Shown one piece after another: positions 1 to 10,576 of a DNA stretch of 20,000 bases. Source of the stretch: Chiloscyllium plagiosum (Eukaryota); assembly GCF_004010195.1 (NCBI RefSeq), contig NC_057719.1, positions 50,435,873 through 50,455,872 on the forward strand, written 5' to 3'. A program made the position numbers and the translations under genes. The number at the start of each line of letters is the position of its first letter. Positions within the stretch are counted from its first letter, which is position 1. Under the pieces are notes generated by a model, which did not search any database, was not told where the DNA came from, and worked only from the letters and a program-made list of their open reading frames with translations.

Positions 1-289
1 TGATTCTAAACTACATTTCTAAACCAGAAATGAAAGAGGCATTGGTAATATTCTGGAAAATTAACTGGGGCAAAAAACGGATATGAGAGGAGGAGAACAA
101 TTTTGAAACTGTGACAACAAAATTATTGGATTCAGTGTTAGAATCGAGAAAGATAATAAATATTAAACATGAAGTGTGGACTGGAAAAGTTTAAAATTTA
201 ACCCGTTATGAAGAAAGTTGATCCAAACGTATTGAGTAAAAAAAAAACCAAAGGTAATGGCTTCATTTTTCCAGATGGAAATGATTTCA

Positions 290-760
290 GTCTCTATATC
301 AAACAGGCAGTCGACAGGGTGTGGAGGGATAATGCACTATGGTTGCCATCAGGGGAAGACATTCATTCCTTTGCCCAGAGTTCTTCTGGGGATGTGAAAA
401 GAGCGTGTGATGAAATGGAAAGTTTGGGAGATGTGGGTGGAGGTCACAGATGTCAGGACACTTCAGGATCTTTTGAAAGGGTATTTGAGAAGTTAGAGAT
501 GATGGACAGGCTAAGCTGAATTGCATTAAAGGAGCAGGAAGATAATAGTTTTATAGACGAGCTCAAAGATTCTTGAGAAAACTCTGATCAGGTCATTCTG
601 TTCAGAACCAGAAAAAGAGTTGAGGCAGGGATTGGATGATGTGGTTCATAGAGTAGTGTGAAAAGGATGGAAATGGTTGGATCCTGAGGGACAAATGTAT
701 GGAGATTGGAAGACAAGGTAGAGGTGAAGAAATGCGCACAACAAGGTGGCACACCCACCG
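290..760 (-). mobile_element. Highly decayed L2/CR1-group LINE RT remnant
   Basis: The minus strand reads like the RT N-terminal region (IPFQKILK resembles LPFLSKILE). The stretch ggcaaccatagtgcattatccctcc...tcgac...tttgata resembles the LLDLSAAFD region. Frames are broken and boundaries approximate. Confidence 0.4.
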
Positions 761-794
761 TGGAGCTTTTTATAATGATGTATTTTAAAATTTT

Positions 795-1118
795 TTCATT
801 GAATGTGGGCATGACCAACAAGGCCAGTATTTATTGCTCATCCAGAGAGCAGTAAGAGTTAATCACATTACTGTGGATCAGGAGTCACAGGTAGGATAGA
901 CCAGTTAAGGGTGACAGATTTCCTCCCCTCAAGGATATTGGGGAACCAGATGGGTTCTACAATGTCCATCAATGTTTACATGGTTGTCATTAGGCCATCT
1001 TTTTACACCAGAATTTTACTGAATTCAAATTTCACCATCTGTCGTGGTAGGATTCCAATCATGTAGAATATTAACCTGGAATTCTGGATTATGAGACCAG
1101 TGACCGTTTCACTACATT
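795..1118 (-). mobile_element. Decayed tRNA-derived SINE (SacSINE1/DeuSINE-like)
   Basis: The minus strand has a degenerate tRNA-like head (gtagtg...cactgg...aatccag; B-box-like gattggaatcct) and a gatggtgaaatttgaattc core. Its 3' tail ggatgagcaataaatactggcc matches the LINE tail at 3424-3552. Family name is from recall. Confidence 0.6.
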
Positions 1119-1694
1119 ACAGTTTCTGCTGAAGTAGACCAGAATAACAACAGCCTACAGTCATAAAATATGCACTTAGCAACAGTTATTATAATAGAAA
1201 AACAATTACTTTCATGATCAAAAATAGTTTTGCTCACAAAGCATGCTAGATAGTGTGAGATGTATTTTATGGTGGATTCATTAGTTTGTTGAACATACAC
1301 AAAAAGAGAGAAGACCTTAAACACAACATAACATCATAACCCCAATTGAATCTAACAAGCTTATTTCTTTTCCACAAATCAATCTCACACATCCTTCTCT
1401 ACCCTATTCCTCTATCCTTTACTCTTTAAGTGCATCACATTTTTCTTGATCGAAATTGTCTGTTTGCTTCAGAGAACTTCTGTGTAACTGTCTTAACAGT
1501 TGTATTTGCCGTTCAATGAAAATGAAAATGCTACATCAGTCTTCTTACTGGTTTCCTAATTTTTTAAACTTTCACCTCATTGTCTGATGAGATTCTTAAA
1601 ATTTGATTTTAATGATTTTTTGAAAACATTTGATGGGTTGAAGAAAAACAAGTATATACTTACATTTACATGGTGACTTACCATGTTCTCAATG

Positions 1695-1730
1695 TTCCCT
1701 GATGAAGGGCTTTTGCCCGAAACGTCGATT
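1695..1730 (+). ncRNA. Minimal type I hammerhead ribozyme motif
   Basis: CTGATGA (1699-1705), then A, stem II GGGC-TTTT-GCCC (1707-1718), GAAA (1719-1722), C and a GTC triplet (1724-1726). Stem I pairing is poor. Confidence 0.6.
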
Positions 1731-1826
1731 TTCCTGCTCCTCGGATGCTGCCTGACCTGCTGTGCTTTTCTAGTACCACTCTAATCTAGACTCTGGTTTC
1801 CAGCATCTGCAGTCCTTTTTTTACCT
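1697..1826 (+). mobile_element. Penelope-like element terminal repeat (pLTR) fragment
   Basis: Sequence ctgatgaagggcttttgcccgaaacgtcg...gatgctgcctgacctgctgtgcttttc...cagcatctgcagtcc. Related copies lie at 3800-3998, 4065-4187 and 4855-4930, the last two flanking a Penelope ORF remnant. Confidence 0.7.
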
Positions 1827-1833
1827 AGTTGAT

Positions 1834-2856
1834 TTAAACCTATGCCCTCTAGTTTTGGTCTCTGACCCCAAGGAAAAGAACCTTGTCTATTTACCCTATC
1901 CATACGCTAATGATTTTGTAAATGCCTATAAGGTCACCCATCAGCCTTTGATGCACAAGGGAAAATAGCCCCAGCCTATTCAGCATCTCCCTATAGCTCA
2001 AACCCTTCAATCCTGGCAACATCTTCGTAAGTCTTCTCTGAATTCTTTCAAGTTTCACAGCATCCTTCATATACCAGGGAGACTAGAACTGCAGACAGTA
2101 TTCCAACAGTGGCCTAACCAATGTCCTGTACTGCTGCAACGTGCCCTCTCATCTCCTGTACTTGATACACTGACCAATAAAGGTAACTGTACCAAATGCC
2201 GCCTTCACTATCCTATCTACCTGTGAATCCACTTTCATGGAAGGTCTCTTTGTTCAGCAACTTTCCCCAGGACCTTACCATTAAGTGTATAAGTCCTGCC
2301 CTGATTTGCCTTACCAAAACGCAGCACCTCACATTTACCTAAATTAAACTACATTTATCACTCCGCGGCCCATTGGCCCACCTGATCAAGACCCTGTTGT
2401 AGTCTGAGGTAACCTTGTGGTCCACTACACCTTCAATTTTGGTGTCATCTGCAAACTTACTAGCTATATTTCCTATGTTCACGTCTAAATCATTTATATA
2501 AATGACGAAAAGCAGTGGACCCAGCACCAATCCTTGTGGAATACCACTGGTCACAGGCCTCCAGTCTGAAAAGCAAACCTCAATCCCCATCCTCTGTCTG
2601 CTATCTTTGAGCCAGTTCAGTATCCAAATGGCGCGTTCTCCCTGTAATCCATGTGATCTAACCTTGCTGACCAGTCTAGCATGAGGAACCTTGTCGTACG
2701 CCTTACTGAAGTCCATGTAGATCGTCCACCACACTGCCCTCATCAATCCTCCTCATTAATTCTTCAGAAACTCAGTCATGTTCTGAGACATGATTTCCCA
2801 TGCACAAAGACATGTTGATTATCCCTCATCAGTCCTTGCCTTCTAAATACATGTAA
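1834..2856 (-). mobile_element. CR1 LINE ORF2 reverse transcriptase fragment (decayed)
   Basis: ORF 2339-2746 contains [34 protein letters not shown] and KFADDTK. It is frameshifted downstream and colinear with the copy at 4940-6090. Confidence 0.93.
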
Positions 2857-3106
2857 ATTTCTCTAGTGTCAGCTGTTGATGTTCAATCAGCAATAGGAAT
2901 TAGCAAATTGGCACTGCAACACAGTGACATGAAGGTAATGGATTCATTGCAGGGTCAAGCTATTCAAGATAAATTGGTCCCAGATTATCATGTTTATATT
3001 TATGAATAATGATTGGAGTAAGTTACAAATTTATATAGCTATTATCTCCATTTTGAGTTCAAGTAAATGCTGGAATTGATGTGTTTCTTTTTGACTTTAA
3101 ATTCAG

Positions 3107-3188
3107 TTACCTGATCTGAAAGATGTTGAAGCTGTACAGAAGTTTTTTCTCGAAGAGGTCCAGTTGGGAGAAGAATTGCTGGCAAGAG
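3107..3188 (+). CDS. TOMM20L: Tom20 family import receptor, internal exon (equivalent to TOMM20 exon 3): LPDLKDVEAVQKFFLEEVQLGEELLAR(G)
   Basis: Acceptor tttcttttt...ttcag| and donor |gtaaat, 82 nt, phase 0 to 1. The translation closely matches vertebrate Tom20 LPDLKDAEAVQKFFLEEIQLGEELLAQG. The L-paralogue symbol is inferred only from TIMM9 adjacency. Confidence 0.93.
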
Positions 3189-3423
3189 GTAAATCTTGAA
3201 TGTTACTGCTTATTATATATATTTCTTCCAGACCAGACCAGATTTTGTAACCAAAGTTGTATAATAAGGTCCCAGAAAGCTTTAAATTAATTGGTGGGGT
3301 GGGATCCCGGCAGGAAGGAGTTTGGGAGAGAGGAAATGAGAACTTACTGAGCAAGAGATATGGCGGTATTATTGGGCAGTTATTTAGAGTGGGACTGGAA
3401 GGGATTGTGTATATAGAAGTGCA

Positions 3424-3552
3424 ATTGTGGGTCTACATAGAGCACTTGCGCTGGAGCGGTTGAAGAAGGTAACTTACCACCACCTTCTCAAAGGCAATTA
3501 TGGATGGGCAATAAATGCTGGTCAGCCAATGGTGCTTACACCCATGAGAGAA
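3424..3552 (+). mobile_element. LINE/SINE 3' tail fragment
   Basis: gcggttgaagaagg...caccaccttctcaaaggcaatt...gatgggcaataaatgctgg. The same tail occurs in reverse at ~800-845 and ~12250-12315. Confidence 0.6.
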
Positions 3553-3609
3553 TCAAAAGTCCCCAGGAAAAAAAAAGCAAGATATAGTGTCAAAAGAGGA
3601 AAAATGGTA

Positions 3610-3803
3610 AAAAGGCAAAATTAATGACTCATTACTTGAATGTGCCTACTATCTTGTACAAAATAAATATTGTAACAGCACAAGTACAGGTTAACTGGTA
3701 TGATCTTGTAGTCGCTACGAAGACATGGTTACAAGGAGATCAAAGCTGGAAATTTAAATATTTATGGATACGTGATTTTTTAAAGGATAGACAAGAAGCA
3801 AAA
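3610..3803 (+). mobile_element. CR1 ORF2 APE endonuclease N-terminus, piece 1
   Basis: ORF 3624-3875 reads YLNVPTILYKINIVTAQVQVNWYDLVVATKTWLQGDQSW, resembling YLNARSI.NK..EL...YD.VAITETWL. It continues as VALLIKN at ~4015-4040. Confidence 0.75.
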
Positions 3804-3804
3804 A

Positions 3805-3998
3805 GTGAAACAAACATACAGTACTGGAGAAACTCAGCAGGTCTGTCAGCGTCTTGTAGAGAGAAAACCAGTTGATATTTCATGTCCGTTATGGCTCCTC
3901 TTCAGAAATATCTTCACAGATGTTACCAGTCATGTTGAGTTTCTCAAGCATTCTGCAGTTGTTTCATATTTTCAGCATCCACAGTGTTTTGTTTTTAT
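3805..3998. mobile_element. Two inverted Penelope-like terminal repeat fragments (minus 3805-3907, plus 3908-3998)
   Basis: ctggagaaactcagcaggtctgtcagcgtct is the approximate reverse complement of agatgttaccagtcatgttgagtttctcaag. The minus copy has a degenerate CTGAAGA...GAAA core. Confidence 0.6.
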
Positions 3999-4064
3999 AG
4001 TAAGGAAAGTGTCATGGGTAGCGTTATTGATAAAGAATAAATATGATAGAAAATAAAAATAAAT

Positions 4065-4930
4065 GAAACAAAGAACTGTGGATGCTGGAAATCAGAAATG
4101 GAAAAAGATGTTGTGGGGAAAGCTCAGCAGGTCTGGCAGCATTTCTGGTGAGTTAATGTTTCAGGTCCAGTGACCCTTCAGAACTCTAAATGAACAGGTT
4201 AAGTGCAGGTAAAAGGCCAGAGAGAGTGATCCAGGAGGCAGGAGATTGTTGGAGGTGGGTGGAGGGGTCTGAAGGACAGAAAGAGGATTCTTGCCCAAAG
4301 AAATAGGCGTGAAGGTGATGGAAACAGAGTTCAACATTATGTTGTACCTGAAATTCGTTGAGGTGGGGTGCAGAAAGGTAAAACTAAGACTTTTTTGCTG
4401 AGTACGGAACAGTCAGTGTCAGAGAATAGAAGGTCAAAAGGTATAGTAAATGCACAACACGAGCTGGGGTTAGCAGAGGAGATGGAGTCAGAAGGAGGGA
4501 AAGAGAAGGAAGAAAGTTTCTCGAAAACATGGGTATGTCTAAGTTGTTGCATTTGGCATTCCTTAATGTCTGGAATGAAATGAAAAAGATTTTTGTCAGC
4601 ATGTCAAATAAGCTGGAGGATGAACTGGAACTGGGGGTTAGGGCAGCATTGAACCAGTGGTAATGGAAAGAGAGGTCCAATGTCTGCATATGGCGACACA
4701 TGACACTGAGTGTAGATCTGTGAATGGTGGCGGGGTCAGCTGTTTGAGGAGCATTCTACGTCATCGAGATACCTCAGTTTCTGGGTGAAGTCAAAACACG
4801 GATGAAATTGCTCTTGGAACATTGAGGGTGAACTGGAGGCAGTCACTGGGTTTAGAAAAAAGGTCACGAGGCTAGAACATTAACTCTGCTTTTTCTCTCC
4901 AAAAGCTGCTAGACCTGAGTTTTCACAGCA
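4065..4930 (-). mobile_element. Decayed, internally deleted Penelope-like element with inverted termini
   Basis: Minus-strand terminal repeat at 4065-4187 and plus-strand copy at 4855-4930. Between them are N-terminal ORF remnants MCRHMQTLDLS and FTIPFDLLFSDTDCSVLSKK, resembling the PLE LS..E.SVLSKGL.F.P motif. Confidence 0.6.
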
Positions 4931-4939
4931 GTTTACAAT

Positions 4940-6090
4940 GTCATAGAGATGTACATCACTGAAACAGAACCTTCAGTCCAACCTGTCCAGGCTGACCAGA
5001 TATCCTAAATTAATCTAGTCCCATTTGCTAGCACTTGGCCCATATCCCTCTAGATGCTTCTTATTCATATACCCATCCAGATGCCTTTTAAAAGTTGTAT
5101 TTGTACTAGCCTCCACCACTTCCTCTGGCAGTTCATTTCATACACACACCACCGTTTGCATGAATAAATTGCCCATTCGGTCCCTTTTTAAATCTTGCCT
5201 GTCTCACCTTAAACCTATCCCCTCTAGTTCTGGGCTCCCCCAGTCCTGGGAAAAGACCTTGTCTATTTACCCCATCTATGCCCCTCATGATTATATAAAC
5301 CTCTGAATGGTAACCCCTCAGCTTCCATTCTCTAGCGAAAGCAGCCCCAGCCTATTCAGCGTATCCCTCTAAACCTGCCAACATCTTTGTAAATCTTTTC
5401 TGAACCCTTTGAAGTTTCAAAACATCTTTCCTGTAGCAAGGAGACCAGAGTTGCAGACAGTATTCCAAAACTGGCTTAACAAATGCTCTGTACAGCTGCA
5501 ACATGATCTCCCAACTCCTTTACTCAATGCTCTGACTCATAAAGGCAAGCATACCAAACGCCAACTTGACTATCCAGTCTACCTGCGACTCCACTTTCGA
5601 GGAGCTATGAACCTGCACTCCAAGGTCTCTTTTTCAGCAACACTCCTCAGGACCTTACCATTAAGTGTATAAGTCCTGCACTGATTTGCCTTTCCAAAAT
5701 GCAGCACTTCACATTGATCTAAACTAACTATTTGCCAATTCTCAGCCCATTGGCCCATCTGATCAAGATCATGCTGTACTCTGAGGTAACCTTCACTGTC
5801 CACTACACCTCCAGTTGTGGTGTCATCTGTAAACTTATTAACTATACCTCTTATGTTCATATCCAAATCATTTATATAAATGATGAAAAGCAGCAGACCC
5901 AGCACCCGATCCTTGTGGCACACCACTGGTCACAGGCCTCAAGTCTGAAAAGCAACCCTCCACCACCATCTTCAGTCTCCTATCTTTGAACCAATTCTGT
6001 ATCCAAATGGCTAGTTCTCCCTATATTCCATGTCATCTAACCTTGCTAATCAGTCTACCATGAGGAATCTTGTTGAACGCCTTACTGAAG
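4940..6090 (-). mobile_element. 5'-truncated CR1 LINE (HER1-like) with 3' end
   Basis: ORF 5579-5926 contains VLGLLLFIIYINDLD...KFTDDT...CEVLHFGK. Its 3' UTR (gaaggttctgtttc...ctctatgac) resembles the HE1 SINE tail at 11513-11545. Confidence 0.92.
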
Positions 6091-6119
6091 TTATGTTTTT
6101 GAGCAAAATATTATGTTCA

Positions 6120-6457
6120 ATTGGAAGATGTAGAATTCCTATTGGTTGAAGGTAAGAAACAAAAAGGGAAAGAAGACACTGGTAGGAGAATTCTGTCAGC
6201 CCCCTAACAGTAGCTATACTGTGGGATGTAGGATAAATCAGGAGATTAAGGGCCTGGAGCAGCAAGGTAATCATAGGTGATTTTAATCTTTGTCGATAGA
6301 GATAGTCTCATTGGCAGAGGAAGCCATGAGGAAGAATTCTTAAAGTGCAATTTGGACACTTTCCTCGAGCAATATCTTGCAGATCCAACCAAACAAGGGA
6401 TCAAGCTATTTTGAATCTGGTGAGGAGTATGTCATTAGGCAGGTTTAATACATGATG
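6120..6457 (+). mobile_element. CR1 APE endonuclease, middle piece
   Basis: Decayed equivalents of ESVWVE.RNKKGKKTLVG.F.RPPNSS and VIIGDFN (gtaatcataggtgattttaat), plus an AILNLV motif. Confidence 0.75.
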
Positions 6458-7099
6458 TGTTGTGGGTAAATCACAAGTTAATTTTAATTTGGCTAGTTAT
6501 TAAGAAATCTCTCAGACAATCAAATACAGAAACAATGATTTAAACTTTATTGCATGTAGCAATCAAAATAAGCCTCAAGCAAGTTAAGCCTCACAACCCA
6601 CCTTGGATATTACCCAATTAGTGATGGAATCTGGCCAAGATTCATTAGACATCTCGTGTTGGATTCTTTATATATTTTTCTTTTTTTCAAATTTGTGATT
6701 TGACATTATTAATGACTTTATTGATTCTTTCATCCTCAACTTTGATTACTTTCCTGGAGACCTCGAGTCTGTAGCTTGACTTGTTATCAGGAATAGCTCC
6801 CCTCCCGCCCCCCTCTGTTCCATTTGGGTTAGTTATCTACTCAAAACAGTGTTTCCTGCAATCAACTGCTTAAATTTTTCTGCAGGGCAATCCTTGTTCT
6901 TAATTGGCAATAAAACATCCAGTTTATTAAGCAGGTGTCAAAATGGTTTTGTTTATACAATCTTGCCAAGACATGGCTAATTGCTTTCAGTCTCTTGTCT
7001 TCTCGCTTTTATCTTGAGAAACCATTTATTCCAGAAAGAGTTATTGCTGATTCTTTCAATCCATTAAGTTATGAAAGTTGTGAAATTTACATTGTCACA
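6458..7099 (-). mobile_element. Solo LTR (642 bp) with 4-bp TSD
   Basis: Termini TGT...ACA flanked by GATG (6454-6457 and 7100-7103). Removing it rejoins the CR1 endonuclease. The minus strand has TATATAAA (6674-6667) followed by AATAAA (6551-6546), with a GC box at ~6799-6813. Confidence 0.75.
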
Positions 7100-7378
7100 G
7101 ATGCCAGAATAAAAGACCTCCAAGGAGACAGTAACCATAGCATGGTAGAGTTTAGCATTGTTTGGGAGGGAGGAGCTAATGTCAGAAACAGTTGTGCTGC
7201 GCTTAAGTTGTGCTGGCGAGAGTGGTTTGGAAATGGAGCTTATTAGCAAATATGGTTGAGGAATAATAGATGTTTAAGAAAATAGTTCATGATTCACAGC
7301 AAAGATACATTCAAGTGAGGAAGAAAAATTCTAGGAAAGAACCATAGTTTACTGGAGAAGTTAAGGATAGTATCAATT
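7100..7378 (+). mobile_element. CR1 APE endonuclease C-terminal piece
   Basis: KDLQGDSNHSMVEFSI, resembling the APE catalytic LG.SDH.MVEF motif, lies at the end of ORF 6935-7246. Confidence 0.75.
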
Positions 7379-7381
7379 GAT

Positions 7382-10105
7382 TTTAATTAAAGACCTTTTA
7401 AAATGTTTTACAAAACATCCATATACAAAAAAACCCACCAGAAAACAGAAAAGTAGGGGCAGTACAATAAAGTCATAATGTGATACTATTAGTAATGAGT
7501 GATCTATTATTCTACCAGAACAAACTTATCTACTTAACTTAAACTAAGCTGCAAACAAATTAAATAAATATTAAATTAAACTAAATTCAAGTAACTTAAA
7601 TTATATCTCACTACTTTATTCTGTTTCACTCATCACACCTCCACTGAGGCTCCCATCCCTGGGAACACCATCTACAGTACCCATAATCTTTATCCCCCAG
7701 CCTCCCCTCTCCCAGGGCCTCATGGGCACCCATACTGATTCCCATGGCTGTAGCACGGCCCTAATTAATATCGCTGATAAGTCTGCGTCAATATAAATTA
7801 AAAAGGGCTGCCACGTCTTCTAAAAATGCTTCTTTTTGTGCTGCACCATATTTGTGAGAGAATGTTGGGGGAGATGCTCCATCACCAGCATATGCCACCC
7901 CATAAGACTTGGTGGTTTTTCCAACGTCCAATTCACTAGAATGTTCTTCCTTGCACAGTGGGTAAGAATATTACACATTATCTTCCCATGTTCCCCCAAA
8001 GAGGGCAAATTTAGCAACTCCAAAACAAGAAATACTGGATCTGCATTAATTTCAATCCCCAGGATGTCCTTTAGCTCCCTTGCTATAGCACTCCAGTATC
8101 TCTGGATCTTACAGCATGACCAGTAGCAGTGTGAGAGAGTGCCCATACTAATTTTACATTTGGGACACCCTGATGACGTTTCTCTCTTAAACCTAGCTAA
8201 CCTCTCTGGTGTCACATGAGCCCTGTGTAAGATCTTCAATAGCACAGCCTGTGCTCTGTTACATACTGAAATTTTCCTTACATTTCTCCACAAATCCTCC
8301 CATACTTCCGATGAAATATAATGTCCTAGCTCCTGATCCCATGTCCGACACTGTCCTTCCACGTCCTTCAAGGCACGACCTTTCAGTAAATGATACAAGA
8401 TACTGACTGAAAGATCACCTATACACTGGAGTACTCTTTTGTTTTCCACATCTGACTTGCAACACTGAGCCAGGAATGTGATCTTCCTCTGTATATAATT
8501 GTTTATCTGAAAGTACTGGAGAAGGTCCCTGTTAGACAGTTCATATTTCTGGTTGAACTGACTAAATGACATCAAGACCTCCCACTTGCACAAATCTCCC
8601 AGGCATGAGATTCCCTTATTCTCCCATAACTTAAAGCCAGAGTCCATTGCCCCAGGTTTAAATCCTTGTGCTCCCACCAATTGGGTAAACGACGAGGTCT
8701 TTGACCAATTGCCCTCGTCTTGCCTCATTATCATCCAGGCTTTCACCGTATTTAAAATAATTGGATTCTTAGACTACTCGGTCACGGGTTTCATCTTATC
8801 CATAAATAATAAATTAACTAGAGGACATCTTGACTGCAAGGCTTCAACGTCAAGCCAAATTGACTCCGAATTCCCCTGTACCCAGTCACCAACATATGCT
8901 AACGGGGCGCTTATTTGATATTTCAAATTCCCGAAGATCCGCCCCTCCCTCATCATGAAAAGCTGCAATTTAGTGAATTTAATTAGAGGACGCCTGTGTA
9001 CCAAATAAAGGACCCTAGCTGACCACTGAGCCTCCATAACACTCGTCTGGGTAGCAACAATGGGACCATTTTCATGGGGTACAATAGGCGAGGAAGAACA
9101 TTAATTTTATCAGGGCTGTTCGGTCCAACCATGATAACGGTAACCCCTCCCACCCGCTGCAAATCCTGTTTTATCCTCTGCAATAGTTGTACATAGTTAG
9201 CTTTATACAGCTGGTGGAAGGAAGGAGTAATAAAATTCCCAAATACAAAAAACCTTTTGACGACCATCTAAATGGGAACTGCACTCCATCCTTCAGATTA
9301 GGCACCACCACTAATCCTTCCACTGGCAAGGCTTCCGATTTTGTAAAATCAATCTTGTAGCCTGAGATACTGCCAAATAAATTAAATGTTTGAATCGCTC
9401 GAGGAACAGGCTCCTCTGGATTGGCCAAGAACAAAATGACATCATCAGCATATAGGGTGATCTTATGCTCCCCATTCCCACCCTTGGCGTCACTATTTCA
9501 GGATCCCTTCTGATAGCCTCAGCTAATGGCTCAATTGCCAAGGTGAATAACATGGTGAGAGAGGACACCCCTGTCGACTACCAGTATTAAGGTTATCTGA
9601 CTGAGCATCATTTGTAATGACTGCTGCCTTAGGATCATTATACAGTACTGCCACCCATCTGGCAAAGGATCCCCCTAGACCAAAGGGCTCTAGGACCCCA
9701 AACAAATACAGCCATTTTATCCAATCAAATACCTTTTCTGTGTCTAGGGAGACCACTAAACCTGGGATTAATCTTTGCTGGCATACCTGGACTATGTTCA
9801 GTATCTTCCTGATATTGTTGGAGGAGCTACAGCCCTGAACAAAACCAGTCTGATCTTTTATAATATGGGGAAGGACCTTTTCCAACCTCAGAGCGAGCAT
9901 CTTGGATAGAATTTTAAATTCTATATTCAACAGTGAAATTGGTCTTTGTGAAGCACACTCTTTGGGGTCTTTCCCCTTCTTTAAAATGAGGGAGATACTA
10001 GCCTCCCTAAGAGAAGGTGGCAGACAATCCTGTGCATATGAATAGCTATACATCCCCAGAAGTGGCTCCACTAACACGCTTATGAATCCCTTATAGAATT
10101 CCCTC
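7382..10105 (-). mobile_element. 5'-truncated L1-clade LINE, ORF2 RT plus C-terminal domain and 3' UTR, frameshifted
   Basis: Motifs REASISLILKKGKDP, RPISLLN, DQTGFV, GSRQGCPLSP, LFTLAIEPLA, ITLYADDV (YADD at 9452-9441), FLYLGI and the Cys/His motif CPKC...TLSHCYWSC are spread over several frames. Confidence 0.92.
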
Positions 10106-10367
10106 TAATTTTCTTAATGGCTGTGCCAGCCTCCAAGGCCCGTGTGCGACAGTAATTTCAAGAACTAGATGTCAGTGCCATGATTGGTATGCAGACACCG
10201 ATGGCCGTGTGTAGAACATCGGAATAGCTAAAGATGTAGGATATCGGTACCACAGTGGTTTTACAAAGGGAGTTTGTGTTTTGACCCAGCAGTGAAGGAA
10301 CAGCAATATAATTACAAATCAGAATGGTGTATGGCTTGTAGGGAAACTTCCCAAGCCTTTGTGACAT

Positions 10368-10428
10368 TTGAGAAGATTTGTAGCTCAGGTTGTGGTTCAC
10401 TTCTAAGTTTGCTCGCTGAGCTGGAAGT
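10368..10428 (-). mobile_element. Isolated 3' terminus of the Penelope-like family seen at 10577-10975
   Basis: caggttgt...taagtttgctcgctgagctggaag matches caggttgtaagtttgcttgctgggctggaag at 10577-10607. Confidence 0.6.
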
Positions 10429-10449
10429 TCTTGAACCTCTGCAGTGTTC

Positions 10450-10576
10450 CATCGCTGATGCACAGTGACAGCAGTGTGTACTGCCTACACAATGGAATAC
10501 AGCAATTTGTCTGACTCCCTATATAGCACTTTCAAAATGTGCAACCTTTACCACCTCGTATGACAAAGCAGCAGAT
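10450..10576 (+). mobile_element. Decayed LINE 3' region fragment
   Basis: cagcagtgtgtac...cagcaa...agcactttcaaaa...taccacct...gacaaagcagcagat resembles, from recall, the shark LINE region upstream of the tail at 3424-3552. Confidence 0.45.

Noticed and set aside
208..519. 103-aa + strand ORF as a gene or Tom20 N-terminus
   Set aside because: No transmembrane anchor or YFDRKRR motif. It lies antisense to a probable LINE remnant.
1585..1630. CTGATGA followed by an AT hairpin and GAAA, as another hammerhead
   Set aside because: No convincing stem I or III and no NUH site. Likely chance in AT-rich DNA.
7820..8746. 308-aa ORF as a host or domesticated gene
   Set aside because: It is the C-terminal part of a frameshifted L1-clade ORF2, with no splice or promoter evidence.
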